64,000 nucleotides of DNA from Paramecium tetraurelia (taxonomy: Eukaryota): assembly GCA_000165425.1 (NCBI GenBank), contig CT868036.1, forward strand, positions 62,001-126,000, written 5' to 3'. The position numbers and the translations under genes are program-made. Shown piece by piece: positions 12,668 through 25,121 of the stretch; position 1 is the first letter of the stretch; every line of letters begins with the position of its first letter. The notes beneath the pieces were generated by a model. It ran no database searches and was not told where the DNA came from. It saw only the letters and a list, made by a program, of their open reading frames with translations.

Positions 12668-13102
12668 ATGGAACTTGAAAGAGGCTCTTTGCCTAAAGAT
12701 CTTATTTCTGAGCCCAGTCCTTCTTTGCCCAAAGATTTCCCTCCCGAACTCATTCCCAAAAATATCTGTGAAGTGGAATTCTTTGATCTATTGAGATGCA
12801 CTTACCAAGACGGTGCACAGATGACTTGTCCCAAAGAATTTAAAAAATTCCTAGAATGCAAACGAGAAAGAGACCTCAAATTATTTAATGCTTTGTAAAA
12901 ATGGGAAATCTAAAGAGTTAAAGATCACACTCCACCCATGTAGCAAATGTACAAACAAGGCCTGCAAAATAAAATCATCAGATTGACTGAAGCAGTTTCA
13001 GTCATGCCAACCAATTTCTGGTACCTCCATAAACGACAACGCTATGAAACAGACATTGAATAATTGCAATGGAGATTGTTTAATTTGAATAAATATGTAT
13101 GA
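12668..13102 (+). CDS. Twin CX9C (CHCH-like) protein, probably mitochondrial intermembrane space
   Basis: 144 aa, intronless; C-EVEFFDLLR-C and C-PKEFKKFLE-C. Confidence 0.7.
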
Positions 13103-14504
13103 TAATCCCCCTGAATATGTGAAAATTCCTCCCTTTCGTTTCGTTAAGCCCTACCAACATGTTTACAAGACCAATGTCAAATCTCGTTGGTTGGGCATGA
13201 CTCTATTAGATGCCATGGAAAAAGAGTTTAGGGCGTATAACAAAGAATATTATGAAAATGCCATCAATGAGGGGAAGATCACAGTTAATAGTGTTCGAGT
13301 CTCTCCTGAATATAAATTGGAACATGGCATGCAAATAGAACATGCAACAACAAGAGTGGAACCTCCAATCCTGGATCTACCTGTCGATATTGTCTTTGAA
13401 GATGATAGTTTCGTTGTTGTGAGTAAACCTCCATCCATGATTGTTCATACAGGAGGAGGATACCATTACAATTGTCTGAGTGCTATTCTCCACTTTGAAC
13501 ATGGACTTAAAGATTTATATGTATTGCATAGATTGGATAGGCTGACTTCAGGTTTATTAATATTTTCTAAGAATCGATTATTAGCATAAAAGTTCCATGA
13601 TGCCAACAGCAAACTCAACGTTTAAAAAACCTATCTGGCTAGAGTACAAGGAAATTTTAGTGAGGATATCAAAGAAAACAATAAGCCTTAATATTGTGTG
13701 TCGATGAAAGATGCTATATTTGCATGTTGCACGGAAGAAGATGCTTAGAAATTGGATGCCAAAAGTGCTACAACCAAATTTGAAAAACTATGGTATGATC
13801 CAATTAGCGATTCTTCATTATTGGAATGTAAACCAATAACTGGAAGAACACATTAAATTAGAGTGCATCTAGCTGATTTAGGACATCCTATACTGAATGA
13901 TATTGGTTATGGTGGAAAGTTTATAGGAAATGAAATTGTTAATAGGAATTTTAAAGGTTTAAAATAAGAATCGATTAGATAAAAGGATGTATTGGAGGGA
14001 GAGGTTGTTGAAATTGTTGGAAAGAAAGTTAAATTGAATACTCAAGAAGATGAATAATAAAAAGAAAAAAATAAAGAAGACTAAAATTAAGAAGAACCCA
14101 GTCTACTATAAAATGAATAATAAGAGGTTGCAGGTTAAGAGAAGATAAATATAGATAAGAACGAAAAAGTAGAATAATAAATATAATAAGGATAAGAATA
14201 ATAAATAGAAAAATAATAAGACTAATAATAAATTGAAAAATAATAAGAATAATTACAATAACAACAACAATAATAATAATAATAAGATAAATAATAAAAC
14301 TAATAATAATAAGTATAAAATAATATCAAAACTAAATTACATTAATAGTAATATGGAAATACTTCACTATTGAATGACTGTTTATCTGGGAAAGAAGAAT
14401 GGGATTACCATAAACATCCTTTAGAAATTTACTTGCATTCTTGGAAATATTTATTTAATGGATAAGAATTTAAAAGTAAAGAACCATATTGGTATTATAT
14501 ATGA
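13095..14504 (+). CDS. RluA-family pseudouridine synthase (RPUSD2/RIB2-like)
   Basis: RFVKPY..KSRWLG, S4-like domain, KPPSMIVH, HRLDRLTSG catalytic Asp, TGRTHQIRVHL, IYLHS; Q/E/K-rich insert about 14050-14345. Confidence 0.93.
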
Positions 14505-14515
14505 GGGTTATTATT

Positions 14516-15121
14516 ATGCAATATAATATTTATTAATTTATGAAATAACACAAATACACAGCGTACTATTGCGAAGAAAATATCTACAATCTTGTCCAGG
14601 ACATGATGGAAGAGAAATAAGATCATCTTACTTAGCATTATGCTGTTTTGATAACCAACCCATTTTAATAAACATACATTAAATGTTAAAAAAGCTCACC
14701 ATTAGTAGTTTGGGATTATCATGTCATCATGGTTGTTAAGCACACTTACTAACAAGAAGGAAAAATTACTTAGAATTCATTTGTTTATGATTTTGATAGT
14801 ACATTGCCGATGAACTGTGATTTCAATACATACTTCAAACAGGCTTTGGGCTTTTAAAAACCTTAAGCTACTTTGAAAAGTTGGTTCAGAGTGGTGGATG
14901 GATAAAAATACATAGATTATTTTGCAAGTGATCGTCATCATATGATAAAAAATGGTAAGTATTTACAACCACCACCATAATATCCATGTATAAAGGGAAG
15001 CAAATAAGAAAAGAATAACAATCTTTAGGATTATTTAGATACCACAAATAATGATCCCTTATTAGGAAAATGGATGACGGAAGAATAATTTTAACAATTT
15101 TTTGCAGCTAAAAAAGCTTGA
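14516..15121 (+). CDS. NTAQ1: Protein N-terminal glutamine amidohydrolase
   Basis: YTAYYCEENIY, VVWDYHVI, YDFDS (Cys-His-Asp triad), FASDRHHM, PPPQYPCI. Confidence 0.93.
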
Positions 15122-15148
15122 TGTTAATAATATATAGATAAATTGCAA

Positions 15149-17037
15149 TCAATTTTCATCCTAATAAGATTAATCTTCTTTCCTTTGACTTTGAAATGGA
15201 TCAATTTTATAGATTTTGTCAAAGTTAATTTTGGAGAGCAAATCAGAATCTTAACTATCTCCTATAATATCTTCTTATTTATATTACTAAATTAAAGAGT
15301 TAAATCTTTGACTTTTTTTAATAATAGCTTACTAGACAGTTTAATTTTTCAGAATTAAGTTTGTCAAAGATTGTTTGCTTAAGCACATTACCATTGATTG
15401 GAATTGTATATGTTGAATGTTTAGACAAGATTTGAAATTCATCTGAAAATTGGCCTAATATATCAGTTGATATTTGAATGAAGACTTCTCTAATTAATCC
15501 CGTCTGGTAAATCTTTGATGATGACTTATGGATCATTCAACAGAGCCTAATAGAATTTCTATCTCAAGGTATTTCTATTGTGTCTCTCCATATAGATTCT
15601 ATCTCCAAAATGCCACTCCTATTCAGGTTAATTTTCTTTAAGCAACTCTTCAAATTGCAATATAATTATCTTCTGTTAAACTAATTGACATTCATCTTTA
15701 AAAATGGATGCCACTTAGACTTAATTGCTTTTCTCATTATTTTAGATTTCTCTGAGATCTGAGGCATCCCCTATCTATCTATTCCTGGATAGCAAAGATT
15801 GTCAACTATCTTATGTTCTCTATCCACAATCAATTATTGATCATGTAATTAAGCAAAGTAAGCTCTCATTTCAATCCAATCATAATCATCAAATATCAAA
15901 CTGTTTGGAAGAGCCTGTTACTTACTCCTACTTTCTATTTTAAATTTATTCATTTCCTTAACCTCTTAAACCTACCAAAATTTTATTTACTTGATCAGAA
16001 TCTTCTTGCTCTTCGTGACTCGGTGGAATATTGGATTAGTTAGATAAGTGGATTCGGTTTGTAATTAATCCAAAAACATTCTAAATAGAATTCCTGATCC
16101 CACTTTCTGTAATTGTGCATCTGATAATTATCTCTTGTTTATATTAAAAAGCAATTTGATTTTCCTTTTCGATTACTAATCAATAAAATTATGAATTAAC
16201 TATTTCTAAGTTCATTTAATCGGTGTTTTTCAACTTCAATTTTATATGCGTTTTTCTTGGCTCCCTTATTGTATTTCTTGGCCAACACAGTCTCTTCAGC
16301 TGCTTTCTGCTATTTTTCAGACAACAGAGCTCATGTTAGATTCGTTCAACTTCAAGATCGAAAGGACTTTTTGGAGCTTCCTTAATTATTATTAGATGGA
16401 TTTCTTATTGGCTATTCATTTAGCATACTATTTTTGATCAATACTGAATTAATAGATTTCTTTGAATATGATGGTTTCTTCTTCAAAATCGAAATCCATA
16501 TCTAAAATAAATTCTTTAATAGTCAATTATCCGATGGTGTAAGGACAAGGCTCTGGCTTATTTGAACTCATCAATAACGCTTCTTTCACTGGCAGCATAA
16601 TTAAATTATTTTTCTGAATATTGGCGTTTGATTGGAGGAAGTGGAAGAAAATCGTCCATTCTTTCTTCGAAATCATCTTGGAGCTCTTCAGGTTGTTCAA
16701 TTTAATTTATTTCTACCCCACCCCAATTGATTACTCCCTCCTTAACATGTAAAATTAATTCAATCTATTCCTGAGGTACTTGAGGTAAACCTTGAACAAT
16801 GAAAACCAAATCAAAATTCTTGAGATACTCTTTTTCAGGATCAACATACAATTGCTTTTCTTTACAAGAAGCTAAGATTTTATTTCTTTAGATATTCTTC
16901 TAAAATGATTTGCATGTTTTTACTAAATTGAATAGTTTGATTGCTCTTTATTTGACAGCTTCAATTCGAATACTTACACATAGATGTTTTGAGAGGAGGC
17001 TATGCATTCAAATCAATTTCCTCTTTTTAGGTGGCAT
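15149..17037 (-). pseudogene. Disrupted gene for a large protein (MPPKK... start; weak resemblance to axonemal SPAG17/PF6-type proteins)
   Basis: Protein-like frames broken by in-frame TGA at 17008-17010 and 16416-16418 and frameshifts near 16390, 16330 and 15500. Confidence 0.7.
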
Positions 17038-17060
17038 AATTTAATTATTTTTATATATGT

Positions 17061-17974
17061 TCACTTCTTTTTCTTAATCTCTTGTTCCTCATTGTCATGA
17101 TAGAATACAATAACCCATTTGTCTTCAGCAGTATTACAAATGGCCAATCTAACAATTCTTGTGTTTTCTTGCACTTATACTTCAGCCACTTGACCTACTC
17201 CACTGAATTAAGCAGCCAAAATGTTTTGAGGATCCAGAATCTTAGCAGCAGTATTAGATCGAGGTATGTTCAAAGAACCTGCAGATAAGAATTTGATTCC
17301 AGCTTCCCACTTTTCAGGAGGACGATCTGCAAATTGTGGATAAGGTTCCTTTACATATAATTTAATATCCTCAGTTGTTGCAAAGAATGGAGTCATATTA
17401 TCCTTCATGGTTTTCTTATCTGAATGTGCATATGCATCTACAAAACGAGTGAAGAAATGGGATGCATTTTCCCTGACTTCTGCTTCTTTCTTGTTTAGCA
17501 TCTTCTCCATCTTCAGTTATTTCTGCATTTTCGATTGATAAATTCCTTCCACAAATTCTCCTTCCCATCTATTGCCTTCCTTATCAATAAACACTCCTTC
17601 TCCATGCATTTTATGATTTACCCATTCACCTTCATATGTACAACCTTCGGGAAATTGATAAAATCCAATGCCATTGTGTCGATTATCTCGAAACTGTCCT
17701 CTATAAGTTGCACCTGATTTGTATATGTAGACACCTTCTCCACACATTTAATCATTCTCGAATTCTCCATTGTATTCTTCTTTCAAATCGTTGTCTGTAG
17801 ACAATGAACCTTTTTATCATTCCTATATTTCATACTTGCTATCACTATCCTTCCCTTACCATGTTTCACTTTCTTACCTTCTATCAATTTCCATTGTCCT
17901 TCATAGACGGTACCATCCTGATATTCGAATCTACCCACTCCTTCTGTCTGAATTGCAGCCTCAACAACAGCCAT
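17061..17974 (-). CDS. MORN-repeat protein
   Basis: Repeated YEGQW..GKKHGKG / YRGQFRDNRHNGIG / YEGEWVNHKMHGEG units; one tiny intron. Confidence 0.9.
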
Positions 17975-18067
17975 TTTATATATACTTAAATTACAAATTA
18001 AAACCAGACATTTAAGAGAGTCTTAACTACCAATCGACATACTCCCTCTTTTTAATTTATATTTAAC

Positions 18068-18502
18068 ATGTCTGCCTCTCCCGTGTCGGTGTCCTCATAA
18101 GAGGAATATATGGTTGAAGCCATCACGAACAAAAGAGTCAAGAATGGTCGCACTGAATATGAAGTGAAATGGCAAGGCTACTCTGAAAACGAGAAGACTT
18201 GGGAACCCATCGAGAATCTGCAATCTGTCATGACTTACGTCTTAGATTTCGAACAATCACTCAAGACTAAACCACAAGAAGTAGGCGAAGGCTCGTATGA
18301 GGATGGAGATTCTGCAGACGAAATCATTTAAATAAGAAAGGACAACGATGGCCAAAATCTGTTGTTCCAGGTGTCTTGGAAACTGAAGAATAGTCGAGCA
18401 CCCAAGGTATCGTGGATCAATCAAAATTCACTGAAAATGCACAACCCAGAGATTCTGATTGATTATTTATTGAAGAAAATCAAGTGGCCAAACAATAAAT
18501 GA
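18068..18502 (+). CDS. HP1-like chromodomain plus chromoshadow-like protein
   Basis: EEYMVEAI...[21 protein letters not shown] (aromatic cage intact); C-terminal [13 protein letters not shown]...LLFQVSWK...[15 protein letters not shown]. Confidence 0.88.
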
Positions 18503-18779
18503 ATATTATATTAATATGGATATCCATATATTTAAATATATTAATGTAAACTAACTTAAAGAAAGTAATGAAAATATTATCATTACTGGATACTAAACTA
18601 CAGTTGTAAGAACAATCAACTAACAAGAACAAGTGAAATATTCACCCATCTACTATCTATATATTCACTGGCATTCCCTCGATTCTCGTGATAATCCTTT
18701 TTTCTTAGTTCCCCCTCATTAAAATTATTTATTAAAATTTTTTATGGTAAGAAACAAGAACTCAGCTAATATATATTGA

Positions 18780-19205
18780 TCATGAATTGTAATCCTGTTA
18801 ATGCACAATCTAGTTGGCAATTATGCAAATTATTTTCAATCGTGAAACTCTATTTCCAACTATTCCAGTATATCCGCACATTCTCTCCCCACATTTCCTT
18901 TTCGCCTTCCTCTTTTGTCTCTGGTGAAATATTATGGTCTTTGCCGTTGCATATTTGATACCTAACATTTGAGCAGCCTAATCATCTCATTAGCTATTAT
19001 TATGTACATCCTTAATTTTCATCCCCTATCTTTGCACCATAGTATAGAGTTATTGCTTTGTGTTCAATCTGATCTTCATGTACTTTTTCCCCTTTTGTTT
19101 AACTATTTTGCGGCCTTAAGTAATTTTTAAATCACTCTAGGATTCCTTTGAATCATTTTAAACCTATGAACCGGATCTATTGTCCATCTGCTTAGGTGAT
19201 GCCAT
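18780..19205 (-). CDS. Small helix-turn-helix DNA-binding protein
   Basis: KYMKIRLNTKQQLY...GMKIKD|AAQMLGIKYATAKTIIFHQR; 30-nt intron. Confidence 0.8.
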
Positions 19206-20126
19206 CTACTCTTAATATGTTTAAATTAAATTATTGACTTCCTTTCTATACATAAATCGAATAAAAATTAGCAGATAAATTTGGAATCTCTGTCATATTT
19301 TTCTCAGATTAATCTTGTTTTCTATTATATTCGCAATGTAAAATTCGAATGAGTAATCCAAACAACTCTTTCCTTCTAAATATCGTTTGAGTCAGAGCTA
19401 GTAAAGTAGGCAAGAAATTGACAAAATTACCAAATTCCCTACTGGACTCATTTAAACTTTGAACCACTAAGCACTCCCCTTCAACTGAAATCCTATTCCC
19501 TTTTGAAAAGAGCCTCACAAAAATTGGTTCCATCTATATATTTCGAATTGCCATCGAATTGCAATAAAAAATAAGCATTAATCAGAGATAGAAAGAAATT
19601 TAAAAATTTTTGGTTTTTTCCATGAGTCATTTGAATGGTTGTACGATTCGGAATAATACAGTATAGATTACAAGAAGGCCAAAAACTCTGTTTTATAACA
19701 TATTTAACTATTTCAGAGTGTTATTAATTAATATATAATTATAATTCAAATTTAATTATTTAATCAATAAAGTAAAACAAATTAATTACATAGGCGTATA
19801 TAATTTTTTAATTTAATTTTAATCAACATCATCTATGTACTATACTTTAACTGCCTAATTCTTCCATCACAAGAGATCCTGATTGCCATCCCTTTAGTGA
19901 GCCTTACCCGCGCTTATTTATATTTACCTTACTGTAAATTTAAAGCAAAAAGGAAACCATAAGTTTTTTTAAAATTAACATGCTCTATTGGGATTTTTTA
20001 ATAATTAAAGTTATAATAATCTCATTGAAATACAAAATTTAAAAATCACTATGAAAAATTTTACTACTTTTACAATAGTCTTGTTTAAATTCATTAAAAC
20101 CAATTTATAAATATTTATTAAATAAA

Positions 20127-20588
20127 ATGAAGATGAAATAATTTCTCGAGTGCGAATATGCGCTTTCAAATCGCATAAAATGTGCAACATGTCACACTGT
20201 GATATACAAGCATGATCTCAAGATTGGACACATATTTTTGAGGAAAGATGAAGGTATTACATTAAACTCACTATATAATAGGCTAGCAATTTGATAAGAA
20301 GGTATGGTATCATGTCGATTGCGTTAAAAAATGGCCTACTGGGGAAAAAGGCTAAGAATTACCCCTCTTTAGGTTACAATCACTCAAGGCCGAAGACCAA
20401 CTAAGAATCAAGGAATTATACAGATCTTTGCAAGAGAAACCTAAAAGTAAGTTTTTATTTGCTTATTCAAAGGTAAAAAGGAAATCAAAGTCCTATCTAA
20501 GCAAGAACAATATGAGAAGTATGTGACTGTGAAGAATCTTAACGACCCAGGCCAAATCGAAGAGGACGATGATTGCATTATGTTGTGA
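20127..20588 (+). CDS. Stand-alone PARP-type zinc finger protein
   Basis: EYALSNRIKCATC..IYKHDLKIG...WYHVDC...LKAEDQLRIK; two tiny introns; ends CIML*. Confidence 0.85.
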
Positions 20589-20763
20589 CACAAATATTTT
20601 GAGGATATTTTTATTGCTATAAAATTTATAATCACAATTACAGTTTATTTACTCTGGAGAAATTATTTAAGGTACTCCCTTTTAAATAATTACTATTTTG
20701 ATAAATTCTATAGAGGTTTTCAATTCAAATTGTATCATCTTTAGGATTAATTAATAACCTGGA

Positions 20764-21455
20764 ATGCAAAATTAAATAGAGTTTGGATATTGGAATATTA
20801 GAGGAATCGCATAACCACGTATTCTTAATTTGTTATTTAAGTGAGATATCTCTTGGAATATGTCGAAATCCCATACACCGATAAGGTTTACAACATTGCT
20901 GAATCAGAATGGTCAGAATCCGTTGCCAAACCTCCTTTGAATCAAGAGGTCCTTGTCAATCTTCCTTACGTCAAAGATGGCGATAAGTGGGTCTTTGAAA
21001 GCCAAGCGCTTTATATCTATATCGCCTATAAGGCAAATAGGCCCGATTTATTAGGAACTGGAAAGGAAGAGCAGGTCGTTGTAGAATAAGTCAAAGGAGT
21101 TTTGATCGATCTATATAGAGGATTTCGCTCGTTAATTGCTATCCCAGAAGCAGATTATCAAGCAAAGAAGGATGAATACTTCAACACCTAAGTTTTGTGG
21201 ATAATTGAAAAACTCAACAAATTCATTTAAGGAAGGACCTGGTCAGCAGGAGACAACTTGACCTATGTGGATTTCTTTTAGTTTGAAGTCGAAGAGACAT
21301 TGGAGGCTTATAAACCCGGACTTTTGGATCAATTTCAAAATCTGAGAAAACATCGCGATGCCCTAGCTGAAATACCATAAATCAAGAAATACCTTGCCTC
21401 AGATAGATTTATTGCTAAGCCGTTTTATCCAATTGGAAGATGGAGATGGTGGTGA
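20764..21455 (+). CDS. Glutathione S-transferase, mu-like (copy 1)
   Basis: FGYWNIRGIAQP|LRYLLEY, NLPYVKDG, FESQA, GDNLTYVDF; 23-nt intron. Confidence 0.93.
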
Positions 21456-22054
21456 AATTTATATATTTACATAAAATTTATGAATTTCCGAATTCCTAAA
21501 AAAAATAAAATTTTCATTCTTTTCTGCTTAACTATCTTGCAACTCTTCTTTCTCATAATCTTCACTATGTTTCTTTGAAATTACAGTAATCTAAGCCTTA
21601 TAGACTAACTTTTATAAAATAAAAAAAGATAGATCAAGGTGTTTCGAGATGGAAATTCTAGTTTATAATCTCCCTTATGCTTTTTAAATCAAATTTCCAC
21701 TCCATGGTTAATAATATTCTTGAGATATTAATTCATTATAAAATGATATCAAGATTTAGGAATATATTATTTTTAGAATAATTTATTTAATATTTTTTTA
21801 AGAGGATCCAAACTTTCCACTTCTTGAGGGTGTTAAAAAAGGTGAGAAACAAAGTATCCTTTTGAAGTTTATCTCAAGTCCAAAGTACTATCTTGAATAG
21901 TCTTTTCATTTGATATATTCTTAATGCTTATGGCATTGTTCAATCATTCGTAAGATGAAAACTAATGGCTTTTATTGGAGAAATGAAGGACTTTCTATGT
22001 TTTACGATCATGAATTGGGAATAAGTTCGGTTTTAGAGAGATTGGATGGAAAAA

Positions 22055-22079
22055 TTCCGAATTCTTAAGGAATTCGGAA
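22055..22079. promoter_or_regulatory. Inverted repeat TTCCGAATTC-TTAAG-GAATTCGGAA upstream of GST copy 2
   Basis: Perfect 10-bp arms about 85 nt before the ATG, within a GAA/TTC-rich stretch; regulatory role is inference. Confidence 0.4.
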
Positions 22080-22164
22080 AAAGAATATTCGAATTTTGAT
22101 GAATACTATTATCGGCAATTTATAATCTGCAGACTTTTTTTTAGGGTAATTAAATAATAACATA

Positions 22165-22853
22165 ATGGCAGACTAATTGTTGTTTGGATATTGGGGAATC
22201 AGAGGACTTGGTTAATCATGTATGAATTCATAATGATTTTAGTGAGATACTATTTGGAATACCTTGGTTTACCATATTAAGACAAAAGATACGTGAAACC
22301 TGAAGAATGGTTTGGCGAAGTTGCATAAGCTCCACTTAATAATGAAGTTCTTGTCAACTTGCCTTACATTAAGGATGGAGACAAGTGGATTTTTGAAAGC
22401 GGTGCCCTCTATGTTTATTTGGCACACAAGGCCAATAGAGCTGATTTACTTGGATCAACTCCAGAGGAGCAAGTGACTCTCGCTTAGACCAAGGGAGTAC
22501 TCTAAGACCTATTGAAATCCTTTTTCACATTAATCACATTCTCAGAAGAACAATATGCTGCAAAGAAAGAGGAATTCTTCAAGACCGACATTCTTTGGCT
22601 TATTGAAAAATTGAATGCTTTCTTGGGAGGCAGATAATGGGCAGCAGGAAACAATCTGACTTATGTCGATTTCCAACTTTTTGAAGTTGAAGAAACCTTA
22701 AAAGCCTTCAACATTGATACCTTCAACGCATAAGCAAACCTAAAGAAACATCATGATGAATTTTCCAATATCGCTTAGATCAAGGCATACTTGGGCTCAG
22801 ATAAGTTCATTGCAGGACCATTTTACCCACCAGGAGCTTTCAGATGGGGTTGA
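22165..22853 (+). CDS. Glutathione S-transferase, mu-like (copy 2, tandem paralogue)
   Basis: FGYWGIRGLGQS|LRYYLEY, NLPYIKDG, GNNLTYVDF; intron at the same position as copy 1. Confidence 0.93.
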
Positions 22854-24009
22854 TTATTATAAATAACAATTATAAGACATTGATATCAATATTGCTCCCT
22901 TCCTTGATGATAGTCTAACATTTTTGTTGACTAGTCATCAACAATTTTTATATAATATTCTCATCAACGTCAACGATGACATATCAATTAATAATGAAAA
23001 CAATATAAAAAATTATTCTAAAATTATAAATATATATGAATTTTCAACTATTTATTATTAATTTATGTTAATTCACAAAGTCTTCTTATTAGAAAGATAA
23101 TCCAATTATTAGAAAAAACTGAATATTTACTAAATAAACTAATTTTCATTCTCAAATATTCGTTCCAACTTTCAAATATTCGGATTCGAATACTTATAAA
23201 ATTCTATAAGTAAATGACTTACTTAAAGTAGTCTGCAATTGTCAATATATTTACTATTAGGTTAAGAATTCCATATTTTTGTAATTTTTATCAACCTAAT
23301 TATGAAGTTGCAACTCATTCAAATATTCCTTACTTTCTTAGTTTTATACTTTTTGAATAGTAAGCTTAAAGTATAATTAAAGTAATAAAAGAGTAACTGA
23401 TTTCGCATATATTGATGTGGTATGTCTCAATAGAATAAATCTAACTTGGTAATAAGCAACCCTTATTTTATTAAAAAGCGTAACATTCGAAATAAAACTA
23501 AATTAAAAATATTATATTTTTTGCATTTTTCTTTTATACTTAATCTTAAATCAGCTGAATATCTACATTGACCTACAATCATTAATCTTACTTAAAAGTA
23601 TTAGACAGATAATCAATTTAAATCACTTGAATTTGATTATTAATAAATTGATATCCCTCTATTATTTTGATAATATTTATATCCAAAAACTAAGCGTTTG
23701 ACTTGACTTTACGATATTTATTTTCTTCAATGTTATTGATTTTACCCATTGAGGAATGAATTAAGTAATCCAAAATTTAAGAAAAGGTTAATTTTATCGA
23801 TTTAATTAGGAATGAAGGTTGATGTATCTATGTGAAATCCCCTTATTCCTCTATTTGTTTGTATGAAGCTTTAATTGTAGTGTGAAGAGTTGGATATCTA
23901 AATATGCACAGGCTTATAGATTGAATTATATTAAATTCAAAAGCAAATAATGCTTAAATTAAAAGGGTTATATATAAAATAAAATAAAATCGGAATAGGA
24001 ATTACAAAA

Positions 24010-24783
24010 TCAACAACATTGCTTCTTTGCATGCTTATTTTCTTAAGTGTGATCGGATTACAATTGAATTGGTTTTGAGGTGAATGATGGCACTTCTGTA
24101 ATTGGTTAATCACTTCTGCTTGTATTCTATTTCGAACTTGCTGGTGTTTTCTTGGTAGTTTTAATTGAGTTTTTAAATGATTCACTAGTAAACATCCTCA
24201 TGATCACTAATTTTACTGCCTCCACAAAGGCCTTGGATATATATTAAATATTTACTTTTTCTACATTTTCCCCAGTCTTTGCAGAAGTTTCAAAAAACAA
24301 ACTAAAATTGTTTGCATTCATGAATTTTTCAGCTTCTTGTTTTTGAACACTACGTTCCATATCTGATTTATTTCCTACAAGAATTTTGACAATTTCTTCA
24401 TGAGCACTTTCATGCAATTCAGTTAACCAGTCTTACAGCTTCTCAAAGGAATCTCTTTAATTGATACTATATAACACAAAGACAGCTGCAGCTCCGCGAT
24501 AAAAACTCTTAATCATGCTTCTAAATTATTCTTATCCTGCCTAATCAATCACTCAAAACATTTACAGTATCCCATATTTAGAGCTCCACTCTGCGTTTAT
24601 CAACAACTACCAATTTCTTAATAAATTCCACTCCAATTGTTGCTCTACTCGCTCCCTCTACAAATTAGCTTTCGGAATATTATTTAACAAAGCTACTCTT
24701 GCCAACAGCTAAGTCTGACATATCCATTTACATTGATCTCCAACTACAATAAACTTGAACATAGGCAGACTATCCTTACTCAT
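24010..24783 (-). CDS. Rab small GTPase (divergent, Rab2/4/14-like)
   Basis: GDQ|SVGKS, TIGVEF, WDT|AGQE, GNKSD, ETSAK, C-terminal CC*; three tiny introns. Confidence 0.95.
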
Positions 24784-25121
24784 TCAATAAAATTCTATAA
24801 ATTATTATATTAATTATCGAATGCCCCTTTAATTTAATGAGTAGCAATTCTATTGGAATATATATTGCCATTCCATAACAAATAGGATGGTGGTAATCAA
24901 AAAAATAGACAAAAAATATCATTTCAATACAAAATTACATATATATTCATTATCATTAAATTCTAATTAAAAATTATAAAATAAATCATTCAAATCAATT
25001 CGTTATTTTTATAAATAGAAAAAACTAAAAAAAATATGTATTAGAAGTTAAATCTTAAAAAGCATTGTTTTCACTTTATTTTTTATCCAATAATTCAGAT
25101 AAAAATTATAAAAAATTCAAA

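Noticed and set aside
16416..16418. In-frame TGA as selenocysteine
   Set aside because: Context is not a redox motif, no SECIS was seen, and neighbouring frameshifts indicate decay
19230..20100. Short ORFs such as 19309-19533 (-)
   Set aside because: No recognisable motif or convincing start/stop; long ORFs arise easily with a single stop codon
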